A DNA stretch of 64,000 bases from an uncultured Chloroflexia bacterium (GCA_963810095.1 CAWEMM010000007.1:594559-658558); one strand, 5' to 3'. Positions 45,302 to 56,848 are shown, numbered from the stretch's first letter. A program made the numbers and translations. Notes: generated from the sequence alone by a model not told the origin.

Positions 45302-46080
45302 TTCCGCAACACCTGCCTGGCCAACTGTCCGGGCAGATGCAGCATCGTGCGGATGGCGGCGTTGTGCCAGATGTTCCGTGCCTGCCCCCACTGCATCTTC
45401 GGGTCCACCAGCTCCCTGCGCTGAGTAACCACCGGCTCGTGAACGTTAAAGTGGCCGGCGAGGTTGGCCAGGGTGCCATGCCAGAAAGCGTCCTCGTTCG
45501 GATGCCCGAGCCCCAGCCGGAACATTAGCTCGAAGATCGGGTCGCTAGTCCGGATTAACGCCTGCACCTGCGCCATCACGCCCTCGTCTTCATCCGCCGC
45601 GCTGAATGTGATCATGCCGGCGAACATGTGGCCTTGAGGCGTCATGAACGAGAATGACTCGTCGTCCGCGTAGATGACCATGATCCCGGTGGAGATCAAC
45701 GGGCCGCCGCCCGGTGCAGACCTGCCGCCCGGCCCAGCCAAATTCAGCACCGCCACCTGCCCCGGTGCGATCCCTGATGCTTCGCCGTAGAAATTATTGC
45801 CTGCCGGCCAAAACTTCGAAAAGTTGTCCTTCCAGGCCCGGATCACCTGCTCCGGCGAGATGTCCGCGCCGTCCAGACGCACGCGATATGTCTTCTGCCA
45901 CATCTGGCCGAAGCCCAACAGCGGCCCGGCCAGGTGGCGTCCTTCGACGTTCAGGTTCAGGGCCCCGATTGGCATGGTGGGCGCCTTGAGCGCGTCCACG
46001 GAGGGCGCCCAGTTCGCCGTGTCACGGCGGGAAGTCTGGCTCGTCGGCTGGTCAGCCCCTTGGGCGGTTGGCTCGATCAT
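45298..46080 (-). CDS. Conserved hypothetical protein coupled to the STAS genes
   Basis: 260 aa intact ORF; GFGQMWQKTY, FMTPQGHMFAG; starts 3 bp after the STAS stop. Confidence 0.8.
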   Translation of the reverse strand: MIEPTAQGADQPTSQTSRRDTANWAPSVDALKAPTMPIGALNLNVEGRHLAGPLLGFGQMWQKTYRVRLDGADISPEQVIRAWKDNFSKFWPAGNNFYGEASGIAPGQVAVLNLAGPGGRSAPGGGPLISTGIMVIYADDESFSFMTPQGHMFAGMITFSAADEDEGVMAQVQALIRTSDPIFELMFRLGLGHPNEDAFWHGTLANLAGHFNVHEPVVTQRRELVDPKMQWGQARNIWHNAAIRTMLHLPGQLARQVLRK

Positions 46081-46083
46081 AGG

Positions 46084-46485
46084 TTACTCCTTGTGCTGGT
46101 GGCGACCGCCATCGGCCGGCGCCACGCTGCGGTTCTCCGCCTCGGCAAGCGCGCCGGTCTCGTCTCCACAAATACGAATCGCCTTGTCGAGCTGGGTCAG
46201 TTCGAAGATCTGCTTGTAGTGCTCGCTCAATCCGAAGGCGACCAGCCCTTGCTTCTGGCGCTGGGTGCGAATCAACAGCGTCACAAGGAGACCGATGCCT
46301 GAGCTGTTCATGTACTCCAGACCGCTGAAGTTCAGGATGATCGCGTGAGCGCCGGCCGCGGTGGCCCGCGTGTAGGCGTCCATCAGGACGCTTTCGGCCG
46401 GACCGGTGACCTCTCCCCGGATATCCAGGATGCTGATTCCAGGGTTGATCGTTCGAATCGTAATCTCGAGTTTTGCGGGAGCCAT
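46084..46485 (-). CDS. STAS anti-sigma factor antagonist
   Basis: ILNFSGLEYMNSSGIGLL, IFELTQL. Confidence 0.92.
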   Translation of the reverse strand: MAPAKLEITIRTINPGISILDIRGEVTGPAESVLMDAYTRATAAGAHAIILNFSGLEYMNSSGIGLLVTLLIRTQRQKQGLVAFGLSEHYKQIFELTQLDKAIRICGDETGALAEAENRSVAPADGGRHQHKE

Positions 46486-46516
46486 GGTGTCTCCTGTGCT
46501 GGCGTCCGCCAGCGAG

Positions 46517-46867
46517 CTATCTGCTACCAGCGAGCGCGGTCGCCTCATCTTGGAAGACCGTCATGAAGTCGGCCAGCCGGGTAATTTGGAAGATCTCCTG
46601 GTAGTGCGGGCTGAGCCCGTAGACCAGCAGCCGGCGTTTGGCCTTGCGCGCACGGGCCAACAGGCCGACGATCAGCGCAATGCCGGTGCTGTTGATGTAG
46701 TTGACCTCGCCAAAGTTCAACACGATGGTCGAGGGGTTGCGGCTTTCCGCCTCGGTATAGGCGGTGCTCAAGGCTGCCTCCGCCGCCGCGTTGATATCTC
46801 CACGCAAATCAATCATGGCCGCGTCCGGTTGGAACCGGGTCGTGGCCTCAAATCGTATGGCTGGCAT
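46517..46867 (-). CDS. STAS anti-sigma factor antagonist
   Basis: VLNFGEVNYINSTGIALI, IFQITRL. Confidence 0.92.
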   Translation of the reverse strand: MPAIRFEATTRFQPDAAMIDLRGDINAAAEAALSTAYTEAESRNPSTIVLNFGEVNYINSTGIALIVGLLARARKAKRRLLVYGLSPHYQEIFQITRLADFMTVFQDEATALAGSR

Positions 46868-48500
46868 CGCGATCTCCTTTCGCTCCCAGGTTGACTATCA
46901 GGTCGACGGAGTGATGGATGCCGTCGTCGGTCACGCGTACATCGTCCACCATGCTGCGGATGAGGAAGAGGCCCCAGCCGCGCGGCGATTGCAGGCCCGC
47001 CAGCTTCGCGTCCAGATCGGGCGTGTCGATCTCGGGAATGGCCTTACCACCCCCATGGTCGGTGATGCTGGTGATCAACTCGTCGCCGGCGGTCTGCACG
47101 CGGATGGCGACCGGCAGGTTGGGATCGTAGTGATTGCCGTGCTCCATGGCGTTCATCGTCGCCTCGGCCACCGCGGTTTTGAGCCGCTCCAGTCGGTCGG
47201 CGGGCAGGTCCAGCCCCATCACTGCCGCTGCGACCTGTTCCATCGCCTCGCGCTCATTGTCGGGCGCGCTGGGGACGGCGAAGTCGGCCAGGACGACTGT
47301 AGGGCCTCTTGTCGACAGCCTCGGGCGTTTCGAATCATCCAGCGAATCGCCGAGTGGCCCGAGCACCGGTCCGGTCCGCTCCAACGTCACGAAGGTGACG
47401 TCGTCTTCCTGCTCCCAGCCTGGCCCCACAAAGTCGGCCAGGGCGCTGCGCAGGTGCTCGATCACTTCCGCGCCGTTGCCCAGTCCACAAGCCATGCCCC
47501 GCAGGCGTGGGAAGCCGAACATCTCGCCCTGCGGATCGTGTGCCTCAACCAGGCCGTCCGAGTAGATCAGGATGCTCTCACCGATCCCCAACAGCGCCTC
47601 GTGCTCGTCATAAATCATCCCGGGCATCAGGCCCAGCGGCATGCCCGTGGCACGCAACTCGACGACGGCATCCCGGGTGCACCTGGCGGGCAGATTGTGC
47701 CCGGCGTTGGCGAAGACGAAGCACCCGGTATGCGGGTTGAGCACCCCATACAGGCAGGTCACGAACATGCCGGGCGGGATGTCGGGGCAGAGCAGTTCGT
47801 TGACGTGCGCCAACACCTTGCCGGGCGACGCGGGATCCTGTTCGGCCGCCACACGTAAGATGCCGCGCGCCGTCGCCATGACCAACGCTGCCGGCATGCC
47901 CTTGCCGGTCACGTCGGCCTCCACGATGCCCAGGTTGCCGTCGGGCAGGTTGATGAAGTCATAGAAATCGCCGCTGACGGCCTGGGCCGGCTGCCAGTAC
48001 GCGGCCAGGTTCCAGCCTGGCAACTGTGGCAGTTCCTGCGGCAGCAAGGTCTGCTGGACAACGCGAGCGACCCGCAGCTCCTGTTCCAGCCGCTCACGGG
48101 CCTGCGTCTCGATGTGCTGCTGGCGGACGAGTTGCGCCACGCGCACGGCCGGCGCGGCCTGGGCCGCCAGGTCGCCTAGCAGCCGGCGGTCGTCGGCCGA
48201 GTAGTCCTGTTCGCTGCGCCGCGGGCCCAGGTTCAGCAGACCGATCAATTCGCCCTGGCCGGCCAGCGGCGCGACAGTTTAACCCCCGCTTCGCGCAGTG
48301 AACGCAGCGCCGGCGAATCCAGCTTCAGTCGCTCCAGGTCTACCACTCCGCCCGCGCTTAGCAGATACGCGCTCAGCGGGTCATTCGGCGCGAAGTCCAG
48401 CGGCAGGATCTGGGCCGCGACGGGAGCCGGCCACTGCCTGGGTCTGCATAGGCACGGTCACGATTGAATCCCCGCTGGGTCTGCGAAATGGGTTATGCAT
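46848..48500 (-). CDS. Partial GAF + SpoIIE/RsbU PP2C phosphatase + RsbW-like kinase fusion (frameshifts ~48420, ~48275)
   Basis: NDPLSAYLL..DSPAL..PL..QGELIGLLNLGPR (GAF C-half); EQEL.VAR..Q.LLP, SGDFYD, DVTGKG, NAGH, YSDGL, EDDVT; EATMNAMEHGN, DHGGG, RGWGLFLI. Confidence 0.88.
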
Positions 48501-48528
48501 ATCTGCTCCGTTTCATCTTGACGCAGTC

Positions 48529-48573
48529 AGTGTACCCGGCCACCGTCCTGAGATCGTTACGGCAAGCGTCACG
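48529..48573 (-). promoter_or_regulatory. Motif-class promoter 1 (-10 TACACT)
   Basis: + strand agtgta(48529-34), 20 bp, cgttacg(48555), cgtcacg(48567). Confidence 0.7.
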
Positions 48574-48619
48574 AACAGCCAATCTGCCTGAGCCAGAGTC
48601 GATTTCTACCGATTGACCA

Positions 48620-50154
48620 TCAGTAGCGTGTATCTTTCTTGAGCCACACACTCACGCTCTCCGGCGCCACCGTCTCCTGCACCACGCGCGCCAGCTCCGC
48701 CGTCAGGCGTTCCAGGTCGGTCTCGTCGCGGGCGGTGAGAGCGAACCGGGCCAGCACCTGCTGGGCATCGTACTTCTTGCGGAAGAAGCGCCGGTCGATG
48801 AAATCCTGGATGCGGCGGCGCAGCGGCGTGAACAAGACTACGATGGCCAGTGTCGAGACGGCTACCGCCAGCGGCGACTGCTCGACTCCGGTCAATGCGG
48901 CGACCAGCCGCTGCAGCAGCACCACCCCGCCCAAGTAGACCAGGGCCAAGAGCGCGGTCAGCGCGCCATACACCAGCGTCTTGCGGATGATGAGGTCGAT
49001 GTCGTACAACCGATAGCGCAGGATAGCAATAGCAATGGCCATGGGGAAGGTCAGGATCGAGACGACAAACAGCAGATCCAGCCAGCCGCTTGCTGAGCCC
49101 CATTGGCCAGCAGTCGAGAGAAAGTAGTTCAGGGCGTAACTGACGGCGAACACAGCCGCGGCATAGAGCAGCCACTTGATCTGTTGGCGTTCGCCGACCG
49201 AGGCGCGACGATAACGCAAGAACAGAGATGCGAGGCTGGCGAACACCAACGTTATCAGCCCGATGCCCCAGACAATCAGGATCGGACCCAGCCACACTCG
49301 ATCCGGAATGAAACCAATCGGATTCGGAAGCCTCCAGTTGGCATTGAGGGGGCCCATTGTGTCCAGGAAGGAGCCAAAACCGATGAAGAACAACCACATG
49401 CCCAAGGCAAGCCAGTTCACCCAGTGCCAGCGGGTAGAAGGCGGGCGACCGCCAGGAAAATGGAGCGGGATCAGGAAGATGGGAAAGATAACCGGTATCC
49501 ACGACCAGCCATCGAACCAGAGAAGCAGCCAGAGGCCGGTCGTGAGCGCACTCGGGGTAGCGGGCAGTCGTCCCAGGATTGTCACGACAGGATTGACGGT
49601 CGCCGAGCGCGATGACATCATAGCCAGCCGACCCGGTTGGAGGGCTGGCGCACGATGATCAGGGCGGCCAACGAAGAGAACACCACGGGAATCATTAGTC
49701 CCCACCCCAGTGCTTCGACCCAGTCGAAGAGCGAGATGGGGGATTGCTGTTTGGCAACCAAAACGCCAATTGAGCCAGGGCGCCCAGCGTGCAGAGCCGG
49801 TAGGCCTTGGAAAAGGCGTGCCAGACGGGTATGGTTCTGCCATTCCCAAACCGACCATCATCGCCGAAACAATCAGCGCACCGCATCGTTTTTTCGCAAG
49901 AAGATCACCAGCCCAATGGCACCCCAGGCGAGCGTGTTTGGCCACTGCAACAAGTAGTTGAACATCGCGTAGAGGTTGACGCTCACGCCCATTGCTTCCA
50001 AACCCTGAACCGTGCCTGCTGGCGGAACAATGCCTTGCATCTGGCGAAATGCTGCTATCTGGCTAACGACCCAAAGACCGGTAAGTGCCGTGGCAAACAC
50101 GACCCACGCTACCTGGGCGTAGGTGAGGCGGCGGCCCGATAGTCCCTCGCTCAT
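48620..50154 (-). CDS. Multipass membrane sensor-like protein 1 ending in a GAF N-terminal fragment (frameshifted)
   Basis: [68 protein letters not shown] then stop. Confidence 0.85.
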
Positions 50155-50182
50155 ACTTTCCGTTGCTCCCTGTGTGCCTTTC

Positions 50183-50238
50183 ACCATACCAACAGCCCGT
50201 ACCCTAATCGTTACGGACACCCGGGGGGATGCCGTCAC
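50183..50238 (-). promoter_or_regulatory. Motif-class promoter 2 (-10 TATGGT)
   Basis: accata(50183-88), 20 bp, cgttacg(50209), cgtcac(50233). Confidence 0.7.
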
Positions 50239-51703
50239 TATCGCGTCTCCACTACTCGCTCCTCTCCCACTCGGCCGGCGCCGCGGCCAAGCGCGCGCCA
50301 CTCGTGCGCCATCGGCGTGACGCCCAGGTCCGCCACGAGGCGGCGGGCGGCCAGTCCCAGGATCGCCGTGAACGTTGGATACGCGATCTGCAGCTCGGCG
50401 AGTTGCTCGACCCACATGTCGGCCGCGATAGCAGCGGCAGCCACGTGCACGACCTCGAGCGCCTGCTCGCCGACCACGTGCGCGGCCACCAGCCGGTGCG
50501 TCTCCCGGTCGGCGATCAGCTTGCAGAAGCCCTCGGTGCGGCCGTCGATTACTGCTCGGTCCAAGTCTGCGTAGGGCACGACCGCGACGGCGATGTCGCG
50601 CTCTTTGCGCGCCTGCTCCTCCGCCGGCCCGACGCTGGCGTACTCTGGGTGCGTGAACCCGCCGTGCGGCACGATCTGGTGCTCCTTGCGCCCGTTACCG
50701 CCCAGCAGTGCGTTCTCGGCCGCGATGCGCGCCTCGTAGCCGGCGCTCTGCACCAGCATCATGCGCCCATCGATGTCGCCGGCCGCATAGATGTGCGGCA
50801 CCGAGGTGCGACAGGTGGCTGTCGGTGATGACGTAGCGGCCATCCGTCTCGACGCCGGCCGCAGCGAGGTTCAGCCCGTCCAGGTTGCCCAACCAGCCGG
50901 TAGACATAATCACCGCTTCGACAAGTAACGTCTGAATATGCGTCGCCCAACTGGTAGGCCAGCGCCAGCTCATTCCCCTGTCGCTCGAGGCGCGTCACGC
51001 CGCCGATGCCGGTGATGATGTCGACGCCCACGGCGCCCATACGCCTCGGTCATGCGTTTCCGAAACGAGCCGGTCCTCGATGGTCAGGATGCGCGGGGCC
51101 ACGTCCAGTACGGTCACCCGGCTGCCGAACGCGCTGAAGATCGTGGCCAGTTGGCAGCCAGTGGCTGCGCCACCCACGATCGCGACCGAACGCGGCAACG
51201 CCTGCAGGCGCCAGATGTCACTGTGGGTCAGCGCCAACTCCGCGCCGGGGAAATCGAGCCGGCGCGCCGCGGCCGCCCGCGGCCAGGACGAACTTCTCGC
51301 CTACGAACTGCCGGCCATCGGGCACAGCAACGGTGTGCGGGTCCAGAAACCGCGCCACGCCCACCCCGACATGGACCTCGACGCCCGAGGCCTCCAGGTG
51401 CGCCAGATGTTGCTTCTTCTCGTGCATCTCGTAGATGATGGCCTGGGTGCGCGCCAGCAAGCGCCGAAAGTCGAGCTCCGGTCGTGCGAGGGTCAATGCC
51501 ATAGGCCTCATATTGGCCGGCGTTATCCATCAGGCGTGCAGCCCGACGCCAGCGACCCGCGTCGGCACGCAGCCGTCATTGGTGCACGTGCCGCCCAGGC
51601 TGTCGTCGCGCTCGATGAGCGCCACTGACGCGCCCAGCTCGCGGCCGCGCAGCGCAGCGGTCACGCCAGCCGGTCCCCCACCGATCACGATCAGGTCGTA
51701 CAT
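50238..51703 (-). CDS. Flavoprotein disulfide reductase (lipoamide DH/MerA/SthA class I; multiple frameshifts)
   Basis: YDLIVIGGGPAG, GGTCTNDGCVP, IVGGAATG, IYAAGD, FTHPE.ASVG, AYPT. Confidence 0.88.
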
Positions 51704-51708
51704 GTGGG

Positions 51709-53065
51709 TTACACTGCCTCCAGTGCGCTGGCCGTCTCGACCCGCCCGACTTCGCCGTCCACCGCGACGTGGTAGGTCCGTAAGCGCGCTTGGCAGGGCC
51801 AAGCAGCACCTCGCCGGTGGTCACGTCAAAGCAAGACGCATGCCAGGGACAGACGATGATCGTTTCGTCGAGCTTGCCCTGGCTCAGCGGCCCGCCGGTG
51901 TGGGTGCACTCATCCTGCGTCGCGTAGAACTGCCCTGCGACGTTATAGACCGCCACGTTCATGCCGTCCACTGTCACCCGCGTAACCTGTCCCGGCTGCA
52001 GGTCGGCAACCCGAAAATGATTGGATCCGCCGGCAGCCGGTTGACCGGACGGTTCCGAACATACCATGCAAGCGAGATATCCGGCTCATCGCGTTTGTAG
52101 ACCGGGATCCGTACGGTCACGCGGCCATCGCGCACAGTCACCGGGTACTTGGGCAGGACTGCGGTCCGGTCCAGCAGCAGCTGCCCGGTGGCGAGGGCGT
52201 ACTGATACCCGTGCCACGGGCAGGTCAGCGTGCCATTGGTCAGATCACCCGCGCACACCGGTCCGCCGCGGTGCAGGCAGCTGTTCTGCAGCGCGACCCA
52301 TTCCCCGTCCTGATGGAAGACGCCGACAGATAAGCCCTCGGCATCGATGATCTTGCGCTGCCCTTCGGGGATCTCGTCGACCGTCCCGACCAGCACCTCG
52401 CGATACTCGATCGTGCGCGCGATGCCAAGCGCCTTCTCATAGGTCTCCACAGCCAGATCGCGCACCGGCTCCTCGTCCATCTCCTCGCGCGCCTGAAAGG
52501 TTTCCGGCTCGCGGCCCTCGCCATACGGCCTCGCCAGTTGCTCGAGCAGGACCATGAGCAGGGCCTGCCACGCGGTCCGGGCCCGTGCCTCCAGGTCAGG
52601 GTCTATTTCCCGCAGCTCCGCCGCCAGGGCTTCCGTCACCCGCTGTCCCACGAACCCCACCATGCCAAGCACGTAGCGCTCGGGAATATAGACCGTGGGA
52701 TCGGCGCCCAGCGAGGTGTGCGCTCGGCCGACGTAGTCCACAAAGCGCGCGTAGTCCTCGTCGAAGACGCCGGCCGCAGTGCGGCGCCAGAAGCCGGCCT
52801 GGTGCTGCATGCGCAGCGCCAGGTAGGCCTGGTCAAGCGTTCCGTCCGGTTTCAGGAAGTGTTTGCGCGTGGCCGGGAAACTCAGCACCTGGGCGTAGAA
52901 CTCGCCGACGATCGCGGGGATGTGCTTCTCGATCACGAAGCGCGTCTCCCGGATAGCTTCCGCATGCTCAGCGCTGAACCCGACAAAGTCGGACATGAAA
53001 GCAAAATAGCGGCCCGCGTCGGGCGCGCCGCGCTTGAATCGTTCTTGCGTTGACAACTCACTCAT
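51709..53065 (-). CDS. Protoglobin-domain protein fused to two Rieske [2Fe-2S] domains (frameshifts ~52065, ~51785)
   Basis: FMSDFVGF, IVGEFY, YVGRAH, IPERY (protoglobin/sensor-globin pattern); CLH..CPWHG and CTH..CPWHA Rieske ligand sets. Confidence 0.8.
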
Positions 53066-53132
53066 TATTCCAGAACCCTCATCCATCGGCTCGCGCAGTA
53101 CAAAGCGTTACTTCACACTCTATTCGTTTGTC

Positions 53133-53178
53133 ATCCTACCAGTCCACCGTCCGCCAATCGTTACGGATGCGAGTGACG
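53133..53178 (-). promoter_or_regulatory. Motif-class promoter 3 (-10 TAGGAT)
   Basis: atccta(53133-38), 20 bp, cgttacg(53159). Confidence 0.7.
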
Positions 53179-53179
53179 T

Positions 53180-54303
53180 CTATATCGCAGCCACGCGCTC
53201 ACTGTCTCCCGCTGCTGCGTCTACCTGCCACGACGCGCTGCACTCCAAGTCGTCGCAGGCCGTCAGCGACCGCTGAACCAGAGACACGAAGAAGCCGGTC
53301 CAGCGCTCGTCAAAGCTGCCACGAAAACACTCAGTCGCGACGTAGACACACATCGCCACGCACAACCTGTAGTCATAGAGCAGTTGCTCCCAGGTGTATC
53401 CACAGCACGCCACATCTCTCCAGGCAGGCGAGGTAGTGTTCGAGAATGGGCATCCCCCATTCCCTGTGCGCCTCGATCTCCCAGTCCAGCACGAGGGCAT
53501 GGGCCAGGTCATAGACGCCCAGCCACGTGGTCATTGCCCAGTCAAAGGGTTGGCGGTCAATCACGTAGATGGGGCGATCGCCCAGGCGCGGCACGAGTAT
53601 GTTCTTTGCGCCGGGATCGCCATGAATGAGCGTGAATCCGTTCGGGTTCATCGTCCGTTCCACCATAGCCCGCGAATGGTTCGCGAACAGCTCGCGCAGG
53701 GAGTCCGGCCAGTGTGGCTTCAGCTCGGATGAGAATCGCCCTAGGAGGTGATCCACCCCCGCTTCGGCCACTGTGACGAAGTCCCGGATTTGACTGGCGC
53801 TGTGCATGGGCGCCCCTGCTTCCATGAGCCGCTGTCCGCCCCACCAACGGGCATGTAGAACGGCGAAGCCCTCTGCGAGCGCGAACCCATAGTCAAGCGT
53901 CGGCGCTTTTTCGGACGCGGTGACATGTGTCTCCGACACGTCGTCCAGGAGGAGGTGGTATCGCCCGAGCACGTCCGAGTACTGCGCGTCGTAGCAATGC
54001 AGCAGCGGGGCGCCTTCCACATCCACGTAATCCCGCCGGTAGTACGTGACTTCCGAGTCGTCGAACGACTCGTCACCAGGGTGGGTATTGACCATCTTCA
54101 AGAACAGGCATCGCGGCAGCGACCCTTGCGCCCCATCCGTGTAATTCACGAGCCAGCCTGGCGTTGGTGGACCAGTTCCCCTGCCCTGACTCCAGCTCGA
54201 AGGACGCGACCGCACCGTGCGTCAATGCGCCGCGGGCCGCGAGGACCGAGGTCAACCACCCGGTTGTCACCTGCTCAATGTTGGTGATCACGTTATCTGC
54301 CAT
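53180..54303 (-). CDS. APH/EcKinase-like phosphotransferase (frameshifts ~54165, ~53405)
   Basis: LFLK, E..YY, LLLDD, HARWW, TLIHGD...N, YDLA. Confidence 0.82.
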
Positions 54304-55438
54304 GCGGGCTTTTCGTTTCTCGCAGCCACACACTCACGCCCTCCGGTTGCAGCGTCGCCTGCACGACGCCCGTCAACTCCGCCGTCAGCGCGTCCAGGTC
54401 GGTTTCATCGCGTGCCGTTAGGGCAAACTGAGCCAGAACCTGTTGCGCGTCGTATTCTTCCGGTAGAAGCGACGGTCGATGAAATCCTGGGTGCGCCGGC
54501 GCAGCGGCGTGAACAAGACACGATGGCCAGCGTCGAGACGGCCACCGCCAACGGAGACTGCTCGACGCCTGTGAGCGCCCCGACCAGCCGCTGGAGCGAG
54601 CACGACGCCCCCGAAGTAGACCAGCGCCAGCAGCACCGTGAGAATCGAATAGACCAAGGTGCGGCGGATGATGACGTCGATGTCCCACAGGCGATAACGC
54701 ATGATCGAGATCACGATGGATCCTGGGAATACGATGAGGAAGGCGGTCCACAGAAAGAAACCCAGTTGCTCGCTAGCTGTACTCGCGCTAAAGAAATTCG
54801 TTCCCGCAAACAAGACGAGAGCGATCCCTAATGGCGGTAAGATCACGGCAAGCCCGAAGACGACCCACTTGATCTGCTGGCGCTGGATCGCATCAGAGAC
54901 ACGGAGGTAACGGTAGATTTGGGCAAGCGCTGCTGTGATCATCAACAGCCCCATCATGGGGAAGGCCTTCTGCATGTACGCGTCCGGGAAGAAAATCCGC
55001 CAAAGCTGAATTCCAGACACAACAAGGGCAGCCACGCGCGTCCAGCGCGGCACGAAGCGCCCGTCCGGAAAGATATAGAACAGGCAGATCAGAAGCGTGC
55101 TCGAGAGTGCGGCAAACACGAGATCAAGGCGCACGGCGAATGGCTCGCTCCCAAAGACCAACTCGAACTTGTCGGTTGAGAGGGATACGATGAGCACAAG
55201 CGAAAAGATAAAGGCGACCAGGTCGTCGGAACGCCGCCAGAAGATAAGAATGCCGAGGACCAGGTAGACCGCCTGAAGCACGATCTCAAGCCAGACTTTT
55301 GGGTCTTGCGACGCGCTTCCCACGGTCTGGGGCAAGGCAAGCAAGTCGAGGATCACAAATACGACGGCGATGACCGTCCACAACGCGCGCATCAGTACCA
55401 GTTGCCGGCCGGTCAGGCGGCTGCTGTTCGCGTGTCAT
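54293..55438 (-). CDS. Multipass membrane sensor-like protein 2 ending in a GAF N-terminal fragment (frameshifted)
   Basis: [59 protein letters not shown]. Confidence 0.82.
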
Positions 55439-56763
55439 GACTTCTGCTCCCGACCGCGCAGCCACACGCTCACGCCTTCCGGCTGCAGCGTCTCGTCCAC
55501 CACCCGCACAAGTTCGCTGGTAAGAGCGTCCAGGTCGGTCTCATCGCGGGCCGTTGACGGCGAACCGGGCCAGCACCTGCTGGGCGTCGTACTTCCTCCG
55601 GTAGAACCGCCGGTCAACAAGCTTCTGGATGCGGCGGCGCAGCGGCGTGAACAAGACGCACGATGGCCAGCGTCGAGACCGCCACCGCCAGCGGCGACTG
55701 CTCGACGCCGGTGAGCGCGGCGACCAGCCGTTGAAGCAGCACGACGCCCCCGAAGTACACCAAAGCCAGGAGCGAAGTCACAACGCTATAGACCAGCGTC
55801 TTGCGGATGATGACATCGATGTCGAAGAGCTTTGAGCGGAGGATTGCCACGCCGATGGACAGGAAAACAACCTGAAACGCCATGGCCGACACGATCAGAA
55901 AGGCAGAACGCCGAAGTAAGTCTCGATCGCTCTGCGTGCCCAGAGTGGCGTCACCGGTGATGCCGATGTAGGCAAAGGTTGTCAAGAGGAATGCTGGTAT
56001 GGCGCCGAGACCGAACAGCACCCACCGCGTTTGCTGGCGCTCTGCCGGGCTGGACACGCGCCGGTAGCGATAGATTTGCGGCCGCCACGCCGCCGAACAT
56101 CACGCTCAAGCCAACCAGTCCATGTCCAGAAGGATCCCAGCGGGTTGCTGCTGCTGCCTCAAGTCCAGCGTCGACTGCAGGAAGTAGCCGATGCCGAAGT
56201 AGGCGACGACGATCCAGTACAGCCGGGGCACCATACGTCCGTTTGGAAAAAGGCCGAAGAACAACGGCAAAGAGACAGTGGAGAGCAGGTCGAGGATCTT
56301 TGCGGGGACCTGAAACGCGGGATATGCCGCTGCCAGTACGCTCACCCCTTCTCCAAGCGTGACCCATGTGATGAAGAAGAATGAGATCAGCAGGGCGATT
56401 GGTTCGCTGCGCCTGCGTGCGAAGATCAGGAACCCGAGCGTGAGGGGAACCAGGGCAAAAACGCCGCGAAGACTGACCCGCAGGAGCGCATACGCGTCCA
56501 AGGAGAGGCCGCGGGCGGCAAGTTGTGCGACCCCGGTGGGCGTGGCAAAGTCGAACTGGGCGCATTGCTCGGCCGTCGCCGTGCATACCTGCCGCAACTG
56601 GCCGTAGTACATAACTGATCCGGCCACGTACATCGAGCAGCGCGGGCACGACGACATCAACCCAGGCGACTTGCGCGAGGTGCATCCAGCGCAACGTCCG
56701 CAAATGGGATTTTGGCGACTCGGTCCCCTGCGATTGGATCGCTTGCGACCCACGGTCTCTCAT
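55435..56763 (-). CDS. Multipass membrane sensor-like protein 3 ending in a GAF N-terminal fragment (frameshifted)
   Basis: VC....QC loop, [51 protein letters not shown]. Confidence 0.82.
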
Positions 56764-56848
56764 CTGATGCTCCCGTCTGCTGCGTTGCAGTGTATTACAT
56801 GTGCACACGCCTGAGTCTGTAGCGCAAGTTGTTTGTGGGCGTCTGCCC

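Noticed and set aside
50238-51703. merA or lpdA assignment
   Set aside because: No C-terminal Cys-Cys, no mer operon, no HPT..E dyad and no 2-oxoacid dehydrogenase genes nearby
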